From contig NC_045698.1 of the NCBI RefSeq assembly GCF_009834535.1, forward strand, positions 13,456,001-13,520,000: a stretch of DNA of 64,000 bases, read 5' to 3'. Below the pieces are notes generated by a model that was given only the letters and a program-made list of their open reading frames with translations, searched no databases and was not told where the DNA came from. The stretch is from Camelus ferus (taxonomy: Eukaryota). Shown here piece after piece: positions 37,973-50,476 of the stretch (its first letter is position 1; the number at the start of each line of letters is the position of its first letter). The translations under genes were made by a program, and so were the position numbers.

Positions 37973-38224
37973 TAGATTCTTTTCCATTATAGGTTATTAT
38001 GAGATATTGAATACGGTTTCCTATGCTATACGGTAAATCCTTATTGTTTACATATTTTATATATAGTGATGTATGGCTGTTAATCTCATACTCCTAATTT
38101 ATCCCTCCCCTGGTTTCCCGTGAGTAACTACAAATTTCTTTTCTATGTCTGTGAGTCGGTTTCTGTTTTGTAAATAAATTTGTTTCAATAAAAAAAGAAA
38201 CAATCTTGCAATTAAAAAAAAAAA
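37973..38224 (+). mobile_element. Young L1 insertion, almost entirely 5'-inverted
   Basis: TSD AAAAGTCTAGGCGTATT (37956-37972) / AAAAGCCTATGCTTATT (38225-38241) at a TT|AAAA site; antisense body to ~38184, then TCAATAAAA and poly-A. Confidence 0.88.
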
Positions 38225-39284
38225 AAAAGCCTATGCTTATTCTACCATACCTTGGAAGTGGAAACTGGTTAGAAATTTTGCAGCAGGCAAGAGACTCAGA
38301 TTATTTACAAACTGTACGTTCATATGTAGAGAGGAATATTAACATTCCATTAATTGGTTTATTTTCACCATAACAACCAGTGAGGGAGTTTGCATCTTCC
38401 TTTAGACACAACTGGGAATAATACAGCAGTCTGTGACATGACACAGAGGAAACCAAGATTAGCAACTCTTCATCAAGATATAAGCTGGTGGACACAGAGG
38501 TGATCAATGTTTTTATTGCTGATGGTGATGTGCGTTTACAACAAAGACAACTAACCTCAAACTTTGATTGTCATTAAAAAGTACTTACCATGATTGTTTA
38601 ACCAGACTGTAAATTTATACCAGAAATGACTAGCCAGAGTCATCGGTTACATACCATCATTTCATTCATTTCCTTATAAAGTTCTGGTATTTGGGAAAAA
38701 AAAATAGATCTATATATTTAGAGAAATTAACTGTGCTTCAAAACCTGTTTTCTCTCGTTAGTGATCTGAATTACCAACTACCAAATTTAGGACTGCCTGT
38801 GATTATGAATGAACCTTGAAAGAATTGTAAGTTCCCAAATACTCCCATTGGCACTTTTTAATCTGTTTATAAAATTCTGCCCTTTATAAAACTTTTCATC
38901 CTAATTAATAGATTACAAATCTCATAACAAATTTCATTAGAAGAATTATTTAAGGGAATGAACAAACAAAACCAAAAATTATAATTTGCTAATTTATTTA
39001 ATATTATATATAAGTTAAAAATAATTCTTCAGTAATGTCTTTCATATAATATCAAATATCACCAAATAGTTTGCATGTTCTATTTACATAAAGACTTCAA
39101 ATATTTTAGTTTTCATTTTCAAGTGTATAAAGTATATTAGAAAAAGCTAGATTTATTTTTAATGGGAAATTGGGCAAATGTTAATGTAGGTTAAATTATA
39201 TTTAAATTACTTTTGAAATATTCTGTATAAATATTGGACATATTTTTCTTAAAACAACATTGCAAAAATAGTATGCATGCCCAT

Positions 39285-39322
39285 ACACACACACACACAC
39301 ACACACATACATACATATACAC
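39285..39322. repeat. (CA)n microsatellite
   Basis: Visible directly. Confidence 0.9.
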
Positions 39323-40109
39323 AAAACCTACGGAAAAACTGTGAAATTGTCTGGCTTCAATGGCCTTTTGTGATGGCTTACAATCTGCTCACCTACATAA
39401 GAGCTATTATTAGTTACACACAAAAATTATTTCTCCGATTGTTGTATTTCTTCCTTGGGTAACTAAATGAAAATGTCCTATAATAAGAAACAGATCAGTT
39501 CAAATATTGACATTATAAATCCTTATTTTTCTTCTCCAAGTGACAGCATTTTATGGTGTTTGGAAAATGACATTTAGAAATATTCTCTGATGCATGCCAA
39601 AATTTAAATCATTCACTCTTATAATTATAGTTTTTCCATATGGCTGGTGTCTTTTAATCATTTCAAGTGAAAAGGGAGTATGTCAGTTTAATAAATATTG
39701 TTGAATTGATGTGAAATAAAGACCTCAGGCACTTCTGTATGTTGTCGATAAGAAATTATGTTCTATTTTCACTGTTTCACCTCACACATTTGAGTCCACT
39801 CAGGTTAAGTTCACTGTTGACTAAGATTTGTGTAGTCTAGTCTCTCTATGCCCAAAGGAGAGTATGCCTGTTTTTGACAATGTCTTCTAACTCTGATATA
39901 AATAGTAATGAACGAGTGAGACGTAAATGGGTTTTACAATAAAGTTGGCTTTACAGAATCACAGTACTTGTTTGTGCATCCCGTAGCACTGGAACGTTTT
40001 CTAATGACACTGTGTATGATAATGTCGCCTATCATAGGTAAGCACTAATGAGCAAAATGTTTGTGACTTATGAGATGATATTTAGATTCGTAGCAAGACT
40101 CTTCCCCCC

Positions 40110-40211
40110 TGCATGGAAGGGTCTACCCCAGACACCTCTCCTAGCTTGTGATAACTGCTGTCATCCTGGCTTACAGATGGCCATCTTCTCCCTGTGTCTT
40201 TTCACATGGTA

Positions 40212-40256
<45 letters not shown>

Positions 40257-40385
40257 TGTGTCTGTACAAAGTTTCCCCTTTTTATAAGGACACCAGTCAT
40301 ATTGGACCAGGGCCTGCCTATTATAAGGACCTCATATGTTTTTTTCCAAATAAGGTCACATTCACAATTAATTCAACATTTTTTA
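40110..40385 (-). mobile_element. MLT1A/B-like LTR fragment containing a (TG)n tract (~40215-40260)
   Basis: CCTGGCTTACAGATGGCCATCTTCTCCCTGTGTCTTTTCACATGG; TTATAAGGACACCAGTCATATTGG; TCCAAATAAGGTCACATTCACA. Confidence 0.85.
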
Positions 40386-40997
40386 GGGAACTCAACTAAA
40401 AACTTCTGGTGGTGTTGAGAACAGGAGAACATAAAAGTATCTAACAGATTGTCGCCAAAAAGCACGTAGCATAATCCGAGCGCAGAATTAGAACTGACAG
40501 AAGTTTGCAAGTTCCCCTTTACGGGGGTTGTAAAACAGGACCAGAGATCTGGAAAGAGCAAAACCTGACGAGAGACTATGAATTCCTAAAGCAAACAAAC
40601 AAAAACTCCCTTTGAGGACAAACTCCTGTCTTACAGAGATAGTGTTAGGAGTATAGTCTAAATTCTACCGGACAGAGATAACAGAGGGGAGAAAAAGAGG
40701 TGGAACAAATAAAAAAGTGAGAACGTGAAACAGAGGAGGCAAGTAGCAAAAAGTGCTAAGACGTACTTTTTTTTATCACCTCTTAAAACACCTGGAAAGG
40801 AAACTCTGAGTCCCTGAAGCTAGGAAAGCAGTTCTGTTCTCCAATCCCTGTTGAAAGTGCAAAACAATTCATATCACCTAATATAAGACACAGAAAAAGG
40901 TGGCAATTGTGCAAAGTTATTGTAAGGAAAGAAGACCGCGGAGCAGATATCTATTTGAATATGTTTGTTCACTGGGTAAAACCTTTGAGTATCAGAG

Positions 40998-41510
40998 TGT
41001 CAGGGAGGAAGCAATTTTCTTTTACCCTTCTAGGCTCTTCTGGCTGTCCTGAGAACCAAACTGATATGAGACAGATTAACAGCAGGAAGTCAAACAAAAT
41101 TTTAATAACATGTACAGTGGGAGAGACCTAGGAAAACTGAGTAACTCACCAAAATGACTGAAACCCTGACCTTGAACAGCATCTTCAGCTAAAGACAAAA
41201 ATGATTGTTGAGGGGGGCAGTTTGGGACTTCAAAGGTGAGGAGGGCAATTTATATACAGAAAAGCAAATGTTTGCCAGACAACTATTTGCTGGGCCAGGC
41301 AGAGACAATGGGACACAGAAATTAATTTTAAATACAGACTTTGCTAGGTTCCTCCCTGCCCACACATCCTGGTTCATATTCAGTTATCCACGGTGATCTC
41401 TCCATTCCTGAAACAGGTTCTCTATTTACATTCTCTTAGGAAATGAGGTGACAGGTCAAAGTTTCTTCCTGAATCTTTTGTGGAGGGTTGGATATTCTGA
41501 GGTCCTTACT
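40998..41510 (-). mobile_element. ERV1-type LTR
   Basis: TTTACCCTTCTAGGCTC...GAGACAGATTAACAGCAGGAAG...GAGTAACTCACC is typical antisense ERV1 LTR; TSD not resolved. Confidence 0.7.
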
Positions 41511-42525
41511 CCACCTTGTTTACACTGGCATCATTCATTTCCTTTCCTTTTAAAAAGAAAACCCTACTTGATTTACTTGGGTATTTTCTATCACTGGTCA
41601 TTTCTGACAATCTGAACTAATATAAACATTTTTCAGTACAATGCCCACACATTGTCTTATCTTTAATCTCTCCCTTTCTTCAAACTTCACTATGATGTTT
41701 TCTCCCAGTGATACTCTTAAAGTAAATAATTTCTTCTAATAAATAAAAATGCAGTATCTGGGTTTGTTTTTGTTATGGTTTTTATTAACCAAGAGCATTT
41801 ATCAGAATGAAAACAAAGCTGCTGGGAGAGGTGCAGGCACTGGACCCTCTGGGAAACGGAAGGAATCTGGGATTTGTTACCAAGCCTGTCGGAAGTCTGG
41901 CTTAAGAAATGAGGCAGATAATTAGATTATTCCCCGTGTTCACCTAGAATCAAGTGATCATTGGAGTCAAGGTTTAGGGGGAAATTCTGTGTCAGCTACT
42001 ATAGAATATATCCCAGAGAAATCTGGGACTTCAACATGAAATGGCATTTTTGAAAAGCACCGGATGGTTTGAAGGAGGAGAATGACAGCCCGGCATCCTT
42101 ATATTCTTGGATGAATGCCTACTAAAGCCCAGGGGCTTTCTAGGGCAGTTCTAAAAGAATGTGTTAGTTGCAGCTACAGGGCTGAGATAACCGAAAATAA
42201 AGCATCAATTTTAACCCAAGAGTTGAGAATAAGAACATTTGAAGGCACATTCTTGTCAGGGAAGTTGTGTGAAAATAAGAGCAGATAAGAGATTCTTATA
42301 CTAATCACAGGGCTGTGAAGGAGACCTCAGAATGCTCTAATGGCCAAGACTCTAAATGCTTATTTCCCACTGAATTATTTGTGACAACCAAAGCCTCTCT
42401 CCTGACTATTTCAGGAGCCTTTCCCAAAACCATCCTTGAATAAAGGCACCGTAACATCATTGAAAGAGGGAGCTCTTTTCCTTTTGCATCTTCCCAACAA
42501 TCTACAATCTCTCCCAAGATAAAAC

Positions 42526-43059
42526 TGTTACCGCAGGAAGGGAAGAAACAACCTCGATTCTTTGTCTTATCTGAGAAAAAGAATTTAAATGGAAGACGGA
42601 AAGTGTGATATGAACAAAAAATTTTATTAGTAGAGCAAAAATCAGTATAGTACACCTTCAAGAATTAAAGGCAGGCCAACCCAAGAGAGGAAAAAAAAAA
42701 ATGGCCTCATTCTTTGTTTCTCCTGCCTTACATCCTGGCTTTAGGTGTGTTCTTGTGACTGATGGATGGTTTACTTATGTCCCTTGAGTCCTTAGGCGTG
42801 CCCATCTCCTCTGTGCGTTGCTCTGACCCATGATGTACACAGAAAAACCTAACTGTAATGCTAATTATAATACAATGAACATTGGGATGCATCCTATTGA
42901 ATCCTATTTGCTACCGTGCAGTCATGGCTGTGGGGTTCTAACTGGTTTAGAAGTAAAGTCCCTTTGTATTGGAGGAGGAAACAGCACCACCTTCTGAAAC
43001 ATCCTCCCTCTCCCCCGCCTATCTGCCCGGTGCCCCCACTTATGTAACTGCCCAGCACA
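42526..43059 (-). mobile_element. ERV1-type solo LTR
   Basis: Starts TGTTACC and ends TAACTGCCCAGCACA; minus AATAAA (TTTATT ~42624); TSD imperfect. Confidence 0.75.
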
Positions 43060-43859
43060 AATAGAGCCACATACCTGCATAACCTCAAGGCCACTGACTG
43101 TTAAACACCCAAGGACAAGAATTAGGGAGAAGGCAATTGCAAAATTTTGCTAATTTATATTTTTTTCAATATATCTGCAAGAATAGATTCTATGATCAAA
43201 TAAAGAAAGACTTGACTATCTATTAGGCTGAAAATTTTATTTTTGCACTTAGTTACAGAAGCTATAGCATGATTTGTATGTCTGTTATGCTTTTGTCTAA
43301 TTCTTCATCCTGTTTTTACCAAAATATATGCTTAACAGTGGCCCATGATTAAATGGAATTCCATTGTCAATTACTTACTGGATTCTTCAGTAAAAATGTT
43401 GGAGTATATTATTTATGGGGCCCGTTCCATTAATTCCTGCACTGTGTCCCTTAATAAAGTCCAATAAAGGGTACTGCTTTTGTGAAAATCTTGAGAAATA
43501 CTTTGGTGAAAGTTAACAATATATTTGCGTGGTGCTTTAATGGTTTGGAATTAGAGTAGAAGGCGTTGTGCTTGAGTTGAACTCAGTGGCTTTCTCAGGG
43601 ATGACAGAGGTCAAAACTTGTAGAAGTAAGTTAGATACGGTTACCATAGTATGAATTCAGAACTGTCTAACTGGTATAGTTTTCTGTTGTTAAGTACTAC
43701 ATTCCTATGCCTCTAATGACAAAATACATAAAATCCAAAGTCCTTCCTGATGTGTATAACTATGAAAATTCCAACAATATCTTGAACCAAGATAACAATC
43801 ACCTAATTCTTAGACCTGAGCCTGGACATATCTATCAGTTCTTGAATAAATGAGGCTTA

Positions 43860-44580
43860 AGTAACAGTTGAAGTATTAGTGGTGGCCAGCAGTTGGCATC
43901 CTTGACCATCCAGGCTGCTATAACAAATACCATGGCCTGAGGAGCTTATATACAATAGAAATTTATTTTTCACAGTTCTAGAGGTTGGAAATCCAAGATC
44001 AGGGAGCTAGCATGATTAGGTTTTGGTGAGGATCTCCTTGACTACTTCTCACTCTTTCCTTAAGTGGTGAGAGGAGCAAGGGATCTTTCTGAGGCTTCTT
44101 TAAAAAGGCCACTAATCCCCATTCATAAGAGCTCTACACTGATCACCTAATCTCATCCCAGAGTCTCCAAATCTAATACCTTTACCTTGGGCTTTAGAAT
44201 TTCAATATGTGAATTTTGGAGGGACACAAACATACAGAACATAGCAGTTGGGATGTGGAGATGAATAAATGGGGCCTGGAAGATTTTTAGGGAAATGAAA
44301 ATACTATATGATACTTTGACAATGAATACATCATTATACATTTGTCCAAGCTCATTGAATATACAACACCAAGAGTGAACCCATATGTAAACTATGAACT
44401 TAGGGTGATTATGACGTGTCAATATACGTTGATCAGTTGTACCAAATGCACCACTCTAGTGGGGGATGTTGATAATGCAGGGGGCTACAAATGTGTAGGA
44501 CTATAGGGTATATTGGAAATCTCTGTACCTTCCTATTTTGCTGTGAACTTGAAACTACTCTAAAAATATGTCTTTAAATA
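43860..44580 (+). mobile_element. L1MC1/2-like 3' end (split by MLT1A)
   Basis: CATTATACATTTGTCCAAG...ACAACACCAAGAGTGAACCC...TGTAAACTATGAACTT...TTTTGCTGTGAAC. Confidence 0.88.
43897..44246 (-). mobile_element. MLT1A0-like MaLR solo LTR inserted in L1MC
   Basis: GGCTGCTATAACAAATACCAT...GAATTTTGGAGGGACACAAACATACAGAACATAGCA; 5-bp TSD GTTGG (43892-43896 / 44247-44251). Confidence 0.92.
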
Positions 44581-45489
44581 TTATTTTGGATAAATGGATG
44601 TGCTCTAAGTAATATTGCTTTCTAAACTTTAAACTTCCTACCATTAAGTTGGAGATACAATGCTTGATAAGACGTGAGAATTTGAAAACAACATATACAA
44701 AATTGGATATGCTTCTCCCATAATTTTACTGAATAAGTGGAAAAGTGTCTAGGCTTGATAGGGTTCAAAAATAAAGAGGTTTCTCTGTTTAAGGTGGAAA
44801 TGCATTCAGCTTCAACACTCCATTCTCTGATCTAGCAGATCCAATATTACACAGGATGTCTGAGGCAGAACAGCACACTGTGTGAACACTGGTAAACCCT
44901 GACACAAGTCATAACAATAGTCCCCCATAGTTTTATTCTAAAGTTATGCCTTCTTGGCAAGTAATTATTCTTCTTTGAGACATAACTCATGGGTTGCTAG
45001 AATGAATATCTAAACATTGGATAACAGATAACTATAAGCATGAATTGTCTGTCATAAAGCAGACTCTATCTGTATACATAGCCCCCAAATAAAATATGAC
45101 CATTATTTACAAATGAAGCATTGGTGGTGCCATGCCAAGTCAAGTTCTGGAGATGAGTTCCAAGAAAAGCTTGTTTAGTCTCCCAATGTTCTTAGTCTGA
45201 CCACTTTTTCCTTAGTCAACAACCACATTTTCCTATGCCCAGTTGACTGAATGTTGACTCTAATTTGTACACAGATCTGTACAAACTGGCAGTAACTTTT
45301 CTCACCTTTTTTGTTTCAGCCTGGGAAGACATTGAAAGACAATGGAAGAGAGACATTATCCAAGAATAAAGAATCCAAGTTTTTCCATCTAAAATGAGAA
45401 TGAGTGATGGCCTGATGTAAAGATTTAGGCCAATTTATTGATAGTTTCTAAATAGTTACTGTGACTGTATGTAATTGGCATTTGTAAAA

Positions 45490-46510
45490 TATTTCATCCC
45501 CAAAGAGCAAAATATATATTCTTCTCAAGCACGCATGGAGAGTTCAACATGACAGGCCACATTATAAGCCAGAAAACATAACTTAACAAATGTGAAAGAA
45601 CAGAAGTTATACAAAGTACATCTCTCATGACCTGGACTTAAAATAGAAACCAAAACAGAAATACAGTGTAAAAATCCTCAAATATTTGGAAATTAAACAA
45701 CATAATCTTAACAAATAACATATAAGCATAACATGTAATATATGTGTCAAATAAGAGGTCTCAAAGGAATTTTTTTAACAAAATGAAAGTATAATTTACA
45801 CTAATGTTTTGGTCTCAGACTATCCATAACCAATGCTGTGGCTGGTCCAGTGTGCGTGGTTCTTATTGTGACTGCAAGACACCAATAGCAATAGCCATCA
45901 GGAAACTTTGAAAGAGAGTTTTATTACCTGTAAGTCCTGGAAGTTTCACAGCACACCTGGGATTTTTCTTTAATTGGAGTTGAAAGTAGAGGCTTCGGGT
46001 TCACGGGCTCACTCTTTGTTGGTGAATTTAAAACATGAAAGTACAGGAAGAGAGAAAAACAAGCAGTGTAAATGGTTAGTTACTGAAATCAACCAAATCT
46101 CTAGAACAAAGGAACCTCAGTGAGGGAAGGTGGCCTGGCCCTTAGTCTAGTCCTGTGGCCGGCAATGTGTTTATTGAGACAGCAGTCTCTAAAGTGGATG
46201 CCTCTTTGAAGTAGATACTTTGGCCATCAAATCTTAAGTCAGGCACTTGCATTACAAAATAGAAAAACCAACTGTCAGGGGCTACCTACGTCAAATTCCT
46301 TAGTTGCAACAAAATTTTGTAAGACATTTAAAGCATCAAATGCATGGATTAGCAAATTAAAAAAGTCTAAAATCAATAACCTGATTTTCCACCTTAGAAA
46401 ACATGGAAAAAGGTATGTAGTGTAAGCCTAAAGTAAGCAGAAAAAATACATATAAGAACAGAAATCAATAAAATTTAAAACAGAAAGCAACAGAGAAAAT
46501 TGACAAAGTC
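45490..46510 (+). mobile_element. L1 ORF2 (end of the endonuclease region) remnant, interrupted by an LTR
   Basis: ATATATATTCTTCTCAAGCACGCATGGA, TTTGGAAATTAAACAACA; resumes at ~46290 (AAAATCAATAACCTGATTTTCCACCTTTAGAAAAC). Confidence 0.85.
45800..46289 (-). mobile_element. ERV LTR inserted in L1
   Basis: GC-richer ~490-bp block splitting colinear L1; minus AATAAA (TTTATT ~45920). Confidence 0.65.
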
Positions 46511-46529
46511 TACCTCTTAGAGAGAAGCA

Positions 46530-46795
46530 GAGCCAAGAGGAGCCTAGGAAAACATGACGAGTAAATGTAGTATGGAATCCTGGAAAGAACTGAGGAAATC
46601 TGAATAATGTATGGGCTTTCGCAAATAATAATTTATCAGTACTGGTTCATTAATTGTAACAAATATACAGCACTAATATTAGATGTCAATAATAGGAGAA
46701 ACTGGGTGTGTGATATATGCAAATTCTGTACTATCTTGACATTCCTTTGTTTTTCCAGGAAATCTTAAACCATTCTAAAATAAAAATGTTTGTTT
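46530..46795 (+). mobile_element. L1MC3/4-like 3' end
   Basis: GAGGAAATCTGAATAA...TGGTTCATTAATTGTAACAAAT...AATAATAGGAGAAACTGGGTG. Confidence 0.8.
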
Positions 46796-47040
46796 AAAGA
46801 GTAATTAAGCTTTTTTGTCTATAATCTGTTCTACTTATTATACATAATATGCAGCAATACAAATACTTTAATAGCATGGCATAAAAATGATTGTGTTATT
46901 CTTGTTCATGAAATACAAATGCTTGTTTGTTTTTATTTAATTCAGCAATTATGTGACTGTACTTATTAAATTGACTTTAATTTTGCACCATGCAGTTCAA
47001 TTTCTTAGTCAGGAAAAGAATAATTCAAATTCTTATAGAT

Positions 47041-47837
47041 TATTAAAAAGTGTACAAATGGAAAATGCTGGAGAGGATGTGGAGAAAAGGAAGCCCTCCT
47101 ACACTGTTGATGAGAATGCAGTTGCGTGCAGCCATTATGGAAAATAGTATGGGGATTCCTCAAAAAACTAAAAATAGACCTACCTATGATCCAGCAATCC
47201 CACTCCTGAGCATATACTTGAGTGTATATCCACAGGGAATTTTAATTCAAAAAGATACATGCACCCCAATGTTTCCAGCAGCACTATTTACAATAGCCAA
47301 GAAAACATGGAAACAACCTAAATGTCCATTGACAGATGACTGGGCAAAGAAGTTGTGGTATATTTATACAATGGAATACTACTCAGTCAAAAAAAATTAA
47401 TACCACTTGCAGCATCATGAATGGGCCTGGAGATCTTCATTCTAAGTGAGATAAGCCAGAAAGATAAAGAAAATTATCATATGATACACTCATATCTGGA
47501 ATGTAAAAACAGAAAAACGAAGACACTAATGAACTTATCTACAAAATAGAAACAGACTCATAGACATAGTAAACAATCTTATGGCTACCAAGGGGTGAAG
47601 GAGGTGGGAAGGAATAAATTAAGAGATAGAGATTTGCAAATATTAACTGTATATATAAAATAGATAAACAACAAGTTTCTGTATAGCTCAGGAACTATAT
47701 TTAATAGCTTGTAGTAACCTATAATGAAAAAGAATATGAAAACAAATATATGTATGTATATGTATGACTTAAACATGTTGTATGCCAGAAATTGACATAA
47801 CATTGTAAACTGACTATACTTCATTAAAAAAATAAAA
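47041..47837 (+). mobile_element. Young 5'-truncated L1 (ORF2 C-terminus, 3' UTR, poly-A)
   Basis: ORF 47050-47400 ([11 protein letters not shown]...KDTCTPMF...WKQPKCP...WYIYTMEYYS); TSD AAATTCTTATAGAT (47027-47040) / AAATTCTTGTACAT (47838-47851). Confidence 0.95.
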
Positions 47838-48220
47838 AAATTCTTGTACATCTGTGTATTTGCAGGAGTTGTGCTATCCTAGTCCTTATTTCTTTATACA
47901 AGCTAACAGATAAGCTGTTTTTAACTCCTCCTGCCATGATCATTTCAAATTCTCAACATTTACCTCTCCTTTCTTTATATATAATTTCTTATCATAGATA
48001 ATATGTACCATTTATATAAGTGAAATCCTAAAAAAATCTTAATAAAATCAATGTGTTTTAGAAATCTTATGAAAGATAGAGAACCAGTTCATTAACAATT
48101 TCTGAATTTTATCCACCAGGTATGCTTTTGATTGAATTTATTGAATAGTTAGAAAATTCATTTAATTTCTATAATTTTCTAGGAAATAATGATAAATTTG
48201 AAATGCTTTACCAAGAATAA

Positions 48221-48226
48221 TATGTA

Positions 48227-48274
<48 letters not shown>
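48221..48274. repeat. (TA)n(CA)n microsatellite
   Basis: Visible directly. Confidence 0.9.
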
Positions 48275-48304
48275 TTTCTATAAACAAATATAACATATAG
48301 GAAT

Positions 48305-49240
48305 TTTCTCTTTTTTAGTTTGATTTATTGAAATATAGGTGCTGTACAATATTAAATAAGTTACAGGTGTATAATATAGTGATTCACAGTTTTTAAAGGT
48401 TATACTTCATTTGTAGTTATTATAAATATTGATTATATTCCCTCTGTGGTACAATATATCCTTTTAGCTTATTTTATACGTAATAGTATGTACCTCTTAC
48501 CTTTGACCCCTATATTTCCCCTCCCACCTTCCCTCTCCCACTGGTAATCACTAGTTTCTTCTCTACATTTGTTAGTCTGCTTCTTTTTTGTTATATTCAT
48601 TAGTTTGTTGTATTTTTTCAATTCCACATATAAATGATAACATACAGTGTTGCCTTTTTCTATCTGACCTACTTCACTTAGCATATCGCCCTCCAAGCCC
48701 ATCCATGTTGTTGCAAACAGCAAAAGTTTATTCTTTCTTATGGCTGAAAGCATTCCATTGTGTGGGTGCATGTGTGTGTGTGTGCACACACACACACATA
48801 CAGTGGGGGGAAGTGGCCTTTGCTGTAGATTAATTGACCATAAGTGCATGGGTTTATTTCTGGGCTCTCTTTCCTGTCCCACTGGTGTGTGTTTCTGTTT
48901 TTATGCCACTGTTATACTGTTTTGATTACTGTCATTTTGTAGTATAGTCTGAAGTCAGGAAGCATGGTTCCTCCAGCTTTGCTCTTATTTCTCAAGATTG
49001 TTTTGGCTATTCAGACTCTTTTTTGTTTCCATACAAATTTTAAAATTATTTGCTCTAGTTTTGTAAAAAATGCCCATGGGTATTTTGATAGAGATAGTGT
49101 TAATTCTGTATATAACCTTGGGTAATATGGTCATTTTAACATTATTGATTCTTCCATTCCAAGAATACAGTATATCTTTTCATCTGCTTGTGGTAGCTTC
49201 AATTTCTTGTGTCAATGTCTTATAGTTTTCTAAGCACAGG
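48305..49240 (-). mobile_element. L1 3' end plus a non-contiguous ORF2 segment (internal deletion near 48800-48820)
   Basis: Antisense 3' UTR at 48305-48760; ORF2 text TTTGATTACTGTCATTTTGTAGTATAGTCTGAAGTCAGGAAGCATGG at 48920+. Confidence 0.88.
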
Positions 49241-50476
49241 TGCTCAGTGTTTTATTTGGTTTGAGCAAGTGTGGAAGATCATTAGTGCTGTGAATTTAAA
49301 TGAAGGTAGTATCAGTTTAGGTTGAAAAAAATCTGATAAAAGTTTTATGAATAAGAATAAAATTAAAATTGGTTTTAAGGACTTATTTTGGAGGAAGCAG
49401 AATGTATTAAATGTTGAGAATAAAATAGTGAACAGTACATATAATAGTCCAAGTACTCTAAGTTAGTGACTAAAATAAACAAACAAATAGACACTTAAAA
49501 TACAATATGATAAAAATTAAGATGAGAGAAAAGGAGAGTATTACGGATGTTTAGAAAGATGAACACTGAAGCCAGATTTAAGATGGTGGGACTAGAATAT
49601 CTTTCCAGGACAATTTAAGCTTGTGTTGGAGCTTAAGATGTAAGTAGATGTAAGTTGGAATTAGCTTGGCAATGGGGGAAAAGAATGTTCCAAGATAATA
49701 GAATAATATGTCTGTCACCTGGAAGAGGGTTCAGTCTTTGATCAAGAAATCAAAGTATATCAGTAAAACAGAGTGAGGTGGAGTAGTTGGTAAAAGTTGA
49801 GGCACTAAAGTTATTAGGGGCTATAGTGTGTGGGACTTTGTAAACCAGGATAAGACATTTACAGTGAGACTATAGAGGACAATTATCATTTTTAAGCAGA
49901 AAAGGCGCAAAGAGAGCATTCAGAGGGTTTTGCAGAAATCAAGATTAAACAATGAAAGTAGGCAATGGCAGAGCCATGGCAAAGGGGAACATAGGACATT
50001 ATACGGAGTTGAGAGATTGCTATGAAGTCTGACTGGTAGTACTTGATTAGATATAAAGTTGAGCTAGGCCAATAAATTGAGTATATTTTAATATAAACTC
50101 CCAAATATTTGGTTTAAATCATTAATCAGGTCATAGTGTCATTTATAAAGATATAAAACACGGGCATAGGAGCATGTTTGAGGTAGAACATGTCCCACTG
50201 TGGACATGTTCTTTGGGAGATAGTTACACTGTAGTCACAAGCAGATGATTTGATAATTAGGTCTATTTCTAAAACAGAAAATAAAGATCAAAATAGGATT
50301 TGGGATCCTTCTGGTGATGATATGTGAAGTTGCCAGAGCAAGTGCTATCAACTCTGGCTGTAGGAAGAATGAGAAAAGGAGAGGCATCCATCCAGTTTCC
50401 GGAAAAGTCAACATTGCGTTTGATCAGTGAGAATGAGGACATGGATGAAGAGGCAGAGAAGGAGCATGTAAGTAAG

